DNA of 64,000 bases from Octopus bimaculoides. Lineage: Eukaryota. The stretch is taken from contig NC_068985.1 of the NCBI RefSeq assembly GCF_001194135.2, positions 29,217,197 to 29,281,196 of the forward strand, written 5' to 3'. This document shows, in pieces, positions 48,093-60,436 of the stretch. The position numbers and the translations under genes were made by a program. The number at the start of each line of letters is the position of its first letter. Position 1 is the stretch's first letter. A model generated the notes under the pieces. It did not search any database, was not told where the DNA came from, and saw only the letters and a program-made list of their open reading frames with translations.

Positions 48093-48489
48093 AAATTACA
48101 TAACACACCAGAAGCATATGAATTCATTTATAAACATATTCAATTATTACTGCCAAATGATTTTAAAGTATGCCTCATTAGATGATTTATTCAACAGGTA
48201 TTATATAACAGAAACATACATAGTTCTACCTCACTGAAGTTGAGATCCAGCTAGGTTGAAAATATATTCTTGTTAGACCTGCTTGTCCACTTTATGACCA
48301 TAAAATTGTGTAGGAGATCTAAATGCCATGCATTAATAAAAAAAAAATAGCATTTGGATCTCTTCTCCATCACTTGGACATCTTCCAATACTGATACAAA
48401 TTGTTATGCTAAACCTTTTGGTTTCGTCTTTTTGTTTTTGACTTATTCAGTTTAAAGAATTTGAAATTGAAAACTCTCTCTCTCTCTCT

Positions 48490-48880
48490 TTTACTTGTTT
48501 CAGTCCTTTGACTGTGGCCATGCTGGAGCACCGTCTTTAGTCGAGCAAGTCAACCCCAGGACTTATTCTTTGTAAGCCTAGTACTTATTCTATCGGATCT
48601 CTTTTGCCGAACCGCTAAGTTACGGGGACGTAAACACACCACCATCGGTTGTCAAGCAATGTTGGGGGGGGACAAACACAGACACACATACATATACACA
48701 CATATATATACATATATACGACAGGCTTCTTTCAGTTTCCGTCTACCAAATCCACTCATAAGGCTTTGGTCAGCCCGAGGCTATAGCAGAAGACACTTGC
48801 CCAAGGTGCCATGCAGTGGGCCTGAACCTGGAACCATGTGGTTGGTAAGCAAGCTACTTACCACACAGCCACTCCTACGT
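48490..48880 (-). mobile_element. SINE family B
   Basis: Full-length copy on the reverse strand. Confidence 0.9.
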
Positions 48881-49865
48881 CTCTCTTGACATTTTTTGAA
48901 TCTGCACATTTTTTTTTTTTTCAAGATATGAGTTCAATACTCAAAATAAACTATTCAAGAGAAAAGAGAAAAAAACTACTGCAATAAGAAATGTGTTATC
49001 TTAATTCTGGCCAATATAATGTTAAAAAGAAATGTTAAGAGCTATGTACTCTTAGGGAAAATACTGCTGCTTGCAATAGATTTCTAGATAAAGTGTTTTA
49101 TTGACTGAAAGTTGGAGAAAGGATTTTGTTTGCAGCTTTCAATGTTGCACACATTTGAGAAATTAGACCTTAGTTTCCTTAATATTTGTTTTTCACTTAC
49201 AAGCCAAATTAAACTAATATACCTGCTTGTTGTTCTTTCACCTGTCTAAACCTTTTCTGTAAATTTGAACTATATACAGTTCAGTCTGCAGAAAAATGGC
49301 AAAAATTTGCCCTGTTTATAATTATACCATACATTACATGGCTGTTGCCAGTACCGCCTGACTGGCCTTCATGCCGGTGGCACGTAAAAGCACCCACTAC
49401 ACTCTCAGAGTGGTTGGCGTTAGGAAGGGCATACAGCTGTAGAAACTCTGCCAAATCAGATTGGAGCCTGTTGTAGCCATCTGGTTTCACCAGTCCTCAG
49501 TCAAATCGTCCAACCCATGCAAGCATGGAAAGCAGACATTAAATGATGATGATGATGGTTACCTATTTATTATATCATACTTTGATACTGTGTGGACTAA
49601 GATCCCTGTTGACAGGCAACTAGTATTTACAGAGTGTCAAACACTTTCGGTATGCAAGTTAGGGACTCCTTCATAGAGTAACTGCTGCATTTGTTGAGTA
49701 TATAAATAGTTTGGCTGCTTGTTTCCCTGGAGACAGTCAGAATGATGTAGATGCTTTTGAAGAGAACCCAATAAGATTTGAAAATTGAGTAAGGTTGTTT
49801 TTTTTTTTTTCAGTCTGCAGAGAAATAGCTCAAATTTGCCCTGTTTATAATTATACCATGTTATA

Positions 49866-49901
<36 letters not shown>

Positions 49902-50029
49902 CAACAATATACACTTCCCACTGTCAGAGAATAAGAGAAACAAAGTGGTGGCCAAGAGAATAGTCCAAATTATTGATGACATCCAATATATATATATAAA
50001 AAAAAAAAGGGCATCGTAATTCCAGAATT

Positions 50030-51150
50030 ACAAAATGATCAGTTTCATTTGTCACCCTAGTGAAATACTGCTGAAATGTTAACAAAAAGGCAAAGGAACT
50101 TCAAACCAAAAAACCAACTATTAATCAAGAAATATCTGCAACACCACTGTGATCTCTACAGCAACTTCACTGACTTCAATAAATGCCTTCATTATGTTCA
50201 GCATAAAGGTTTGTGGTAACTTCAACAACAACCTCATCCTAATGTTTCAAGCAGTACATGAAAATATAAATTCAAATCTCACAATTCTCATGAATAACAT
50301 CTCAGATTTCTTCAGAACAACAGAATTCGTTAACGCTGTCTCCTCTTGCCAGGATTTTTCAACATGATCTGGGAAAACATTGTGCAGGAAACACCATGTG
50401 AGTTCCACACCTCAGTTTCTATTGGAGGATGACCACATTTTAATAAGTGCTTTGCTGGCAATATCAGCTAATGGGAGGCAGTAACGCAAAAATATAGGAA
50501 GCTACGACCAGAACATAATAAGAAATATGCTGAATGGACAAAAACTGGATGAAGTGGACAATTTTAAGTATGTTGGTCTGACTTTGAGCAATGGTGGTAG
50601 CTCAATAAAGGAGATAGATGTAAGTCTATTGGGTCTGACCTCATCTGCCATGACAAAGTTGAACATCGTTTGGTAAAGCAGTTCTATCAGTTATTCCATG
50701 AATTTCATATTCATACAATAACAATCCTAGGGGATCTCAATCTTCCTTTGTGAGTTTGAAACCTTACAAGTAACATAAAGAACGACCCTTCATCAGTTGT
50801 CGGGTGTTCATCTACTTCACATTTCATAACATCAAGCGCAGAGTAAAAAATTCAGATACTTGAGTGCTTTAGAAGGCTGTTCTCGATCTTGTACCTGGAG
50901 TATTAGGTAAAGAACTTTGTCAGACAACAAATTATCAGACAATAAATATGCTACCAAATATATTTGGTGATTGTTCCAGGAACAATCGTATATTTCATCA
51001 CAACACCTTGTCCAAAACTATAATCTAGGCACAGCTGAAGGGAGGGTCTGAGAACATTAAGGACTAGAGAGGTTTTAAAACTGTGACCTTTTTAGGTGTG
51101 ATGGAAGATAAGGATCAGTGGAAACTGTTGACTGCCTCAGCACCAAGAGT
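50030..51150 (+). mobile_element. Highly degenerate LINE of a second RTE-like family (RT region)
   Basis: Broken frames resembling YxNFxDFxKAF, FFRTT..., SPxxFN and LTSSAMTKLNIVW. Confidence 0.65.
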
Positions 51151-52045
51151 ACCAACCCTAATGACTGACTGTGTTTTATCACTTTCTCTAATCTACCTGT
51201 ATGAATAATTTCCCTTTAGTGACTAAAATCAATAACATTTTAAATTCCTTAGTTTTCAAAGAGCTGATAGTATGAATTATGCTTTTGTGACCCACACAAC
51301 TTTTGGGGGTTTTTTGGTATAATAATTAACAGTAACTTCTATACCTTAAATAGGCCTGTCCAGCAAACCTCATGTTTCTGCATTATTTTTGATTTTGAAG
51401 TTTTTTATGTATTATTTATTATTTTTTTTTAAAGAAGAATTTTAGAGTCACTGAATGGCATCATTAGATTAGAAATGTTGGTACTGCTGCAAGGTATTCA
51501 TCATATATAAAAATAACTATATTCTTTATTCTAATATACTGTTTTTCATTGTATGACTGGTGATAGATATCAGCATCATTCTTGCTTATACTGGCACCAG
51601 TTGGAGGGAATCTATTGAAGCCGTACTATTTGGTTGGATACGCTTCCTGTTACCAAACCTTGTTTCCGAGAAAAGCAATTATTCTCCTGGTCTTTTGTAT
51701 AACAAGAAAATGTATGACAAGAAAATCCACCAGAATATATTTCACCTTTATTTCTTATCTACCTGCTTTCTTTCTGTCTCTCTTTCCTGATTTGAACTGA
51801 AAACCATTATAATTTTTAGCAATGTCTTCCATCTCTTGAACAGTTTAAATATGATATAACTGATTAACATGATTGTCATACAGTCTGTATTAATGATACA
51901 CAAAATGTCAAGTCGAAAGAGAGAGATTATTAAATACATGAAAGTTAATTACTTACTTGTCCATAATAATACAGAGTAAAAAAGGAAAGAAGGACTACCC
52001 ACATACCTCTCCCCTCACAAAAAGTGAAGGAGCTAATCACAGAAG

Positions 52046-52092
<47 letters not shown>

Positions 52093-53109
52093 TATTTTAG
52101 CCTTCAAAAGCACTGAGTATTTACTTTTGATTTGCAGACACCTTAGTCATATGGCTAAGGATACTGGTACAACTACATCTAAATATCTCTTTTGCTCTGC
52201 TCTCTCTCTCTCTTTCTATCTTATAAATATATATCATCATCATCGTCATCATTTCAACATCCACTTTTTCATGCTTTCATGGGTGAAACAGAATTCTCTG
52301 AGGCAGATTTTCTATGGTTGGATGCATGTGTAAGCCCTTTTTCAAACAACCAAATGTGTGTTTGGTTGTATGAACAGGGCTTACACATGCAGCACTCACT
52401 TCTTCAAGAAATAGAATATGTTATATCATCTCTAGTTTCCAGAATCAATCTTGTTTCAAACCTTGCATTAATATTCAAAACATTTTGAACAAGATTGCAA
52501 TGAACATTCACCATTTTTTCAATGTTAGTATGGGTTAGATAAACACGTATTATTTGAGGTTTTGCAGTTGGATACTCTTTTCGCCACTAACCCTTAGCTA
52601 TTTTTCAAATAAGAGTAGGTGCGCACAACACACACACATATCCAAACTGAGCAAGTAGAACAGGTAAAATTCAGGTTACATATGTTTCCTAACTAGCAGA
52701 TTCTCAGGTGTAATAATTATAATTCATATACCGTATTTTAACATGTATAAGGAACCATTTTTTGTCAAAAATTAGGTTAAAAAAATATGGGAGTTTCTTA
52801 TACATGGATAGTATTATAATTCCTAACAAAACCTTTTTTTTTTAAATTTTAAGCCCCCAAAATTAGGAGGTTCCTTATACATGTTAAAACATGGTAATTC
52901 ATATAATTAAGGAATCTTTAGCCTGATGAGTAGCTAGATAAGTACCCCTATTTGAGGAATTATTACATCAGAGGACCTGCGAACTAGGAAACATAAGAAG
53001 CCTGGATTTTACTTGCTCTGCTCCCTTAATATGGATTTTCATTCATATTCATAGCAACTCGACTTGCTAACTGTGAGGTTTCTTTATATATATTTATATA
53101 TATATATAA

Positions 53110-53502
53110 AGTGCAGGAGTAGCTGTGTGGTAAGTAGCTTGCTTACCAATCACATGGTTCTGGGTTCAGTCCCACTGCATGGTACCTTGGGCAAGTGTCT
53201 TTTACTATAGCCTTGGGCCAACCAAAGCCTTGTGAGTGAATTTGGTAGACGGAAACTGAAAGAAACCCGTCGTATATATATATATATATATATATGTATA
53301 TGTTTGTGTGTCTGCGTTTGTCCCCACCATTATAGCTTGACAATTGATGTTGATGTGTTTACATCCTTGTAACTTAGTGGTTCAGCAAAAGAGGCCGATA
53401 GAATAAGTACTCGGCTTACAAAGAATAAATCCTGGAGTCCATTTGTTTGACTAAAGGCAGTGCTCCAGCATGGCCGCAGTCAAATGACTGAAACAAGTAA
53501 AA

Positions 53503-53545
<43 letters not shown>

Positions 53546-53711
53546 TAGGGGCAGGCATGGCTGTGTGGTAAGAAGTTTGCTTCACAACCACATAGTTCCA
53601 GGTTCAGACCCACTGTGTGGTACCTTGGGAAAGCATCACCTACTATAGCCTTGGGCCAACCAAAACCTTGTGAGTTGATTTGGTAGACAGAAACTGAAAG
53701 AAGCTCATCAA

Positions 53712-53744
<33 letters not shown>

Positions 53745-53950
53745 CATTTGTGTGTCTGTGTTTGTTCCCACCACCATTTGCTTGACAACTGATGTTGGTG
53801 TGTGTAAGTTCCTGTAACCTAGCAGTTCAGCAAAAGAGACTGACAGAATAAGTACTTGGCTTACAAAGAATAAATCCTGGGGTCCATTTGTTTGAATAAA
53901 GGTGGTACTCCAGCATGGCCACAGTCAAATGATTGAAACAAGTAAAAAAG

Positions 53951-53983
<33 letters not shown>

Positions 53984-54157
53984 ATGACCTTTGTACAATA
54001 TTTAATCTATTCAATCACAAGCTATTGATCAAATCGGGTCTATGGTAGAAGATGTCCAAGCTATCGCACAGTGGGACTGAACCTGAAACCACATGGAGGC
54101 AAATTTCTTGACCATACTGATACAACAGAATGTACATGTGTTTGTGTGTGTGTGTAC

Positions 54158-54208
<51 letters not shown>

Positions 54209-54592
54209 TGCAGGAGTGGCTGTGTGGTAAGTAGCTTGCTTACCAACCACATGGTCCAACTGCATGGCATCTTGGGGGCAAGTGTCTTCTACTATAGCCT
54301 CGAGCTGACTAAAGCCTTGTGAGTGGATTTGGTAGACGGAAACTGAAAGAAGCATGTCGTATATATGTATATATATGTGTGCGTGTGTATGTTTGTCTGT
54401 CTGTGTTTGTCCCCCTAGCATTGCTTGACAACCGATGGTGGTGTGTTTATGTTCCCGTCACTTAGCGGTTCAGCAAAAGAGACCAATAGAATAAGTATTA
54501 GGTTCACAAAGAATAAGTCCCAGATTTGATTTGGTCGACTAGGTGGTGCTCCAGCATGGCTGCAGTCAAATGACTGAAACAAGTAAAAGAGT
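53110..54592 (+). mobile_element. Three head-to-tail SINE B copies (about 53110-53505, 53550-53950, 54195-54592)
   Basis: Each has head, internal (TA)n and tail, separated by (TA)n runs. Confidence 0.88.
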
Positions 54593-54608
54593 ATATATAA
54601 TATATATA

Positions 54609-55172
54609 CACAGACATGCTGGAAGTAAATAGACACCTTTAATTTTCAAAATTTCTGATCTAAGCGTCTTAATGTTTTCAGCAGTGTAGAATTTACAATG
54701 TAATTATTCTTTTTCATTCCAGGTGCCATTATATTAAACATTTACGAAGAGTAACCATGCCATGCACAAAAAATTCAGCACAACTGTCAGGTTGTATTGT
54801 TGGACAATCTGTGGCTGGTCTCAGCCAGCGAAAAATTGCTGAAAATCTTCAAATTCCTCTTGCTACAGTTAATAGAATTATAGTGCAATTCAAAAACCAA
54901 GGAAAAGAATCAACAGATTCATGTCCCAGCCGACCTAGGCCCTTGGAAAGGAATCTTTGCTGTTTGAAGAGAATTGTGGAAAATGAACCCCGTTCAAAGG
55001 CTTCTGGCATTGCAAAACAGCTAGAAGTTAGTCCAAGAACGGGTGTTACATATCTGCATAAACTTGGGTATTATGGACGGGCAGCTAGAAGGAAACCTTT
55101 CCTTCAACCAATTTATATCAAATAAAAGATTTTGAATATTAAAGGTATCTATTTACTTCCTGCATGTCTGTG
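54609..55172 (+). mobile_element. Internally deleted Tc1-family DNA transposon (44-bp TIRs, HTH-only ORF 54757-55125)
   Basis: TIRs 54609-54652 and 55129-55172 match at 41/44. The ORF has a paired-like HTH (LSQRKIAENLQIPLATVNRII) and the GRAARRKP motif, but no DDE domain. Confidence 0.9.
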
Positions 55173-55404
55173 TGTATGTATGTATGTATATGTTTGTGTG
55201 TCTGTGTTTAGCTCCCACCAACATCGCATGACAACCGATGCTGTTGTGTTTACGTCCCCATAACTTAGCGATTCAGCAAAAGCAACTGATAGAATAAGTA
55301 CTAGGCTTACAAAGAATAAATCCTGGGGTCAATTTGCTCAACTGAAGGTAGTGCTCCAGCATGGCCGCAGTCAAATGACTGAAACAAATAAAACAATAAT
55401 ATAC

Positions 55405-55615
55405 TCTTACTCTTTTACTTGTTTCAGTCCTTTGACTGCGGCCATGCTGGAGCACCACCTTTAGTCGAGAAAATCAACCCCAGGACTTATTCTTTGTAAG
55501 CCTAGTACTTATTCTATCGGCCTCTTTTTGCCGAACCGCTAAGTTACGGGGATGTAAACACACCAGCATCGGTTGTCAAGCGATGGTGGGGGGACAAACA
55601 CAGACACACAAACAC

Positions 55616-55672
<57 letters not shown>

Positions 55673-55832
55673 TACGATGGGCTTCTTTCAGTTTCCATCT
55701 ACCAAATCCACTCACAAGGCTTTAGTCAGCCCGAAGCTATAATAGAAGACACATGCCCAAGGTGCCACGCAGTGGGTTTGAACCCGGAACCATGTGGTTG
55801 GTAAGCAAGCTACTTACCACACAGCCACTCCT
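55405..55832 (-). mobile_element. SINE family B, tail-to-tail with a headless + copy at about 55175-55390
   Basis: Full-length copy on the reverse strand. Confidence 0.88.
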
Positions 55833-56443
55833 GTTTCAGCCATGTGGCTGCGGTCATGCTGGAGTACCACCATGGTTTTCTTGATTTCCTCAGTCTGGGT
55901 GTCTCACATCACCACTCCTGTATGTGCCTTCGTCCCAGCTGTTGACCTATTTGGTGTATAAGGGAATCTGATTCCGCTGCCTTCATCTGTACCTCATGTC
56001 CGTCTGTTGGTTCATCCGGTATTGTGGAGAGGAGGATGTCTAGTTCCTTTTTGAGGACATCTACTTCTACCTTATGCAGATTTCTTAATTTATGTGGCAG
56101 AGCATTGAAGAGCTGTGTGCCTCTGACCCTGAAACTATTGCAGTACCTGGTCCTGAATTTAGATGGAGTGGAAGGTACCTTTGGTACAATACAATAGTGG
56201 CCAGTTCTGGCATTAGTATAACACACAATGCTGAAATCAGATACTAGCCCTTCTAGAATTTTTCCATATGCGAATTAGAGCATATCTCTCATGCCTTTGC
56301 TCCAGGGAGTAAAGCTGCAGTTTTCTCAGCCTATCCCTGTAACTCATCCACTGCACTGTTTCAATCTTTTTAGTGTAGTGGTGTTGGACTGCTTCAAGCT
56401 TCACAGTTAGTTTCGCACTATGTGGCGACCATAACTGGGAGCA
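55833..56443 (-). mobile_element. CR1-like LINE 3' fragment, related to 3395-3900
   Basis: SQLWSPHS...LEAVQ...RLRKLQLYSLEQRHERY...YTNARTGHYCIVPK...LDILLSTIPDEP, with a frameshift. Confidence 0.88.
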
Positions 56444-58285
56444 CTATATATATATAGTGTTTGTAAATAACCAATTAGTTGGTTGGTTGTTTAGATATTT
56501 AACCAACAGACTAGCAAAAAAAGAAGTGATATTGAACCAGTGCATGTGTCATTATTGTTGGCACAATGACCCTCCCAAGACACAAGATGCATGTGTGTGT
56601 ATGTGTGGAGGAGGGAGAGAGAGAGAGAAACAAAGTTTAATAATCCTATTCATAGAACTTAAACCTTGAATATTTTATAACTATACAGAAATTTGAATGT
56701 GAGACAATTAAAGGACATACAAGTCTCTACTTTCCTTGGCATCTGAAATCTCATACTAACCTTTTAAAAGATACAAGTTTTAAATGATCAGTTTTAATAA
56801 CTATAGAGTTCCAATATATACTATGTATTGCTGTGTAAAGGAGAGCAGTGAAAAAGTGTGTGTCTGTGTATGTGTGGATGACAAACATAGAGGAAAAAAC
56901 ATAAGAGAAACTGAAGGAGAAAGAAACACAGAGTTCATCATTATATATTGACATTTCTCTACCTCACACTGACATTCTTACTCTATTACCAACTCCATTA
57001 CAACTATCAGTATTTCAGCAGCCCTTTTCTTGAATCATCTCTGTTTTAACCAAAGATAACCATGAACCCATGATTTTTTTTTCTTTGTGTATTATTCTGG
57101 AGTGACTTTGTTTTCGTGTGCAAATTTGGAAGAGATTTGTTGAGAAATGACATTGTTTTTAAGACAAACAAAATATAACTCTTATCAATATAGATTTAAA
57201 ACTACCATGCATATATCTCACTTGAACATCATGAAAAATTTCTTTTCATTTAATGGAAACTACTTTGAGAGATAACAAGAAATCAAAGTCTGGAGTGGCA
57301 GGCAGGTTAGAGTTGTGTAGATATGTATGGGTGGTCTGAAAGTTACATTATTGACTAATCTTGTTTCGTTTCTTTTTGAGAAGGTCTGCTACACTAATTA
57401 GAAAAACTAGTATATTATTACTGTTGTTATTATTATTATTAGTAGCAGAATTATTAATAATAATGTTAAAAAATTGTTCACTAAATTAAGCTTAAAAAAT
57501 GTGAATGATGAAACAGTAAGAATGATATGGAGGTAGAATATTGAGAGAGAGAGAGAGAGAGAGGGAAATGTGAGAGAGAAAGGCTGACTGACATTTCCAA
57601 ATTATATATGCATACATATAAGTATATGAAATAAAAATTTAATATTTTGATTCTGGTTTATAATTTTTCAATAAATAATTAGGATTTTAATAATAAACTA
57701 AAATAACATATTTTCCTTCGTTTTGAAAGTTTTCTTCTTCATTTTAGTTTAAATTTGGAAAAGCAAGTCTGCTATAAATGTTTAAATCCAAGATTGATGG
57801 TAGTTGCTTGTTGTCCCTAGAAACCCCAAAACCCTTTTTACCGTAAGTCTAATTTCAAAGATAAAGAGTGATTCTTCACTTAGGATTGCACGCCAAGTTG
57901 TGTCTAAGTCCTGGTCACAGTAAGTTTTATATATATATATATTCTTCAAGTCAGGTCAGAAGTAACTGTTTTCAGCAAATAATTTCAAGACCAAGGAAGG
58001 AGATGTAAAGAATTAAAAAAAAAAAAAAAAAAAAAACAGAATTTATGATTTTGTTTTGTAATTCTCCTCAACTTAAAATAAAAGAGGGGCTGGATGTCAG
58101 AAGCAGGAGAGAGGAAGGAGTGAAGAAACAAGCACATAAGATATTCCTTTGGTTGTTTCAGTGAAATTCATGAGTGGATGTCCAGCAGAGTCTTACTTAG
58201 ACCTGATGTGATGTATGAGTTGAGAAATGGTCAACGGCAATGCAGAAAGCAGTATCTCCTCCCCACCCCCTAGTCGTCCTTGTCA

Positions 58286-58345
58286 TCATCTACTCTGGTG
58301 CCGATGTTGTAATGTTTCCTGCAGTTGTGATAATGATAATTTAAC
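58286..58345 (-). CDS. GRAMD1: GRAMD1 last coding exon, VKLSLSQLQETLQHRHQSR*
   Basis: Strong acceptor (ttttattttcttttctttcag), phase 0. Resembles human MKDSLINLQNG. Upstream exons lie beyond the window. Confidence 0.85.
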   Translation of the reverse strand, partial: VKLSLSQLQETLQHRHQSR

Positions 58346-58404
58346 CTGAAAGAAAAGAAAATAAAAATATAAAGACAAGGTTTTATAATGACTCTGATAA
58401 TTTA

Positions 58405-58820
58405 TGGCATGGGAGTGGCTGTGTGGTAAGGTAGCTTGCTTACCAACCACATGGTTCCAGGTTCAGTCCCACTGCATGGCACCTTGGGCAAGTGTCTTCT
58501 ACTATAGCCTCGGGCCAACCAAAGCCTTGTGAGTGGATTTGGTAGACGGAAACTGAAAGAAGCCCGTCGTATATATGTGTATATATATGTATATATGTAT
58601 GTGTATGTATATGTTTGTGTGTCTATGTTTGTCCCCCCCCCCCCAACGTCGCTTGACAACCGATGCTGGTGTGTTTACGTCCCCGTAACTTAGCGGTTCG
58701 GTAAAAAGAGACCGATAGAATAAGTACTAGGCTTACAAAGAATAAGTCCTGGGGTCGATTTGTTTGACTAAAGGCAGTGCCCCAGCATGGCCGCAGTAAC
58801 ATGACTGAAACAAGTAAAAT
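58405..58820 (+). mobile_element. SINE family B in GRAMD1 last intron
   Basis: Full length. Starts about 60 bp from the acceptor of the last exon. Confidence 0.9.
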
Positions 58821-58909
58821 AGTAGTAAATAGTAGTAGTATCCTATAAATCATTGCACCCCTACAATCTTATTTGCATCACAGGCTAGTTTCATGCAAGA
58901 CAATTTTTC

Positions 58910-59535
58910 TATCTATTCCCACTTAAATGTGGATGTTCTGTTAGAACAAACTTTACTGCAGTCTACCATAAGAGAAACTCTCATATAGGTTCTTAGTGCA
59001 AAACGCATACTTATTTACGTTGCTAGCATCCATTATATATTGTTGTTGGCACTCCGTCGCTTACGAGATCGAGGGTTCCAGTTGATCTGATCAGCGGAAC
59101 AGCCTGCTAGTGAAATTAACGTGCAAGTGGCTGAGCACTCCACAGACATGTGTACCCTTAACGTAGTTCTCGGGGATATTCAGTGTGACAAGGCTGGCCC
59201 TTTGAATTACAGGTACAACAGAAACAGGAAGAAAGAGTGAGAGAAAGTTGTGGTGGAAGAGTACAGCAGGGTTCGCCACCGTCCCCTGCCGGAGCCTCGT
59301 GGAGCTTTAGGTGTTTTCGCTCAATAAACACTCACAACGCCCGGTCTGGGAATCGAAACCGCAATCCTATGACCGCGAGTCCGCTGCTCTAACCACTGGG
59401 CCATTGCGCCTCCACCATCCATTATATAGCAAGCGTGCATTTTGCACCAAAAGCCTACATGAGAGTTTCTCTCATGGTATCTACCACAGTAAAGTTTGTT
59501 CTAGCTGAGCATCCATGTTTAAGTGGAAATAGATA
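58910..59535. mobile_element. Palindromic (fold-back) MITE with ~100-bp arms and TA ends, interrupted by SINE A
   Basis: The left arm 58911-59012 is the imperfect reverse complement of the right arm 59431-59534. Confidence 0.85.
59040..59415 (-). mobile_element. SINE family A, full length with 13-bp TSD
   Basis: catccattatata at 59027-59039 and 59416-59428. Confidence 0.92.
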
Positions 59536-59543
59536 TTACCTCT

Positions 59544-59867
59544 TGTGAAGGTGTATGGCTCAGTTGTTAGAGTGTCGAGCTTATGATCGTGAGGTTATGA
59601 GTTCGATTCCTGGACTGAGCTGTGTGTTGTGTTCTTGAGCAAGATACTTTATTTCACATTGCTCCAGTTCACTAGAGCTGTAGAAATGAGTTGCAACATC
59701 ACTTGGTGCCAAGCTGTATCAGCCGTTGCCTTTCCCTTGGATAACATTAGTGGCATAGAGAGGGGAGGCTTATATACATGGGCAACTGCTGGCTTTCCAC
59801 AAACAACCTTGCCTGGAATTGCACCTAGAAAGTTCCCTTCCTAGGTGCAATATTACTGAGAGGTGCA
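59544..59867 (+). mobile_element. SINE family F with 11-bp TSD
   Basis: tRNA-like head (tggctcagttgtta...gagttcgattcc). TSD atattacctct at 59533-59543 and 59868-59878. Related pieces at about 28245-28500 and 46563-46660(-). Confidence 0.8.
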
Positions 59868-59974
59868 ATATTACCTCTCAATATTAATACTGCTTCTGTC
59901 ACTGATATATATCATTTCTTTATGGACTGAGGGATCATATGCATAACAGAACACAATAAAGTGCATGTTCCCTC

Positions 59975-60187
59975 TTTACTCGTTTACTTGTTTCAGTCAT
60001 TTGATTGTGGCTATGCTGGAGCACCGACTTTAGTTGAGCAAATCAACCCCAGGACTTATTCTTTATAAGCCTAGTACTTATTCTATTGGTCTCTTTTACT
60101 GAACCGCTAAGTTACGGGGATGTAAACACACCAGCATTGGTTGTCAAGCGATGTTGGGGGGACAAACACAGACACACACACATATAT

Positions 60188-60270
<83 letters not shown>

Positions 60271-60436
60271 TACGACAAGCTTCTTTCAGATTCCGTCTAC
60301 CAAATGCACTCACAAGGCTTTGGTTGGCCCGAGGCTATAGTAGAAGACACTTGCCCAAGGTTCCATGCAGTGGGATTGAACCCGGAACCATGTGGTTGGT
60401 AAGCAAGTTACTTACCACACAGCCACTCCTGCGCCT
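59975..60436 (-). mobile_element. SINE family B in GRAMD1 last intron, inverted relative to 58405-58820
   Basis: Full-length copy on the reverse strand. Confidence 0.9.
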
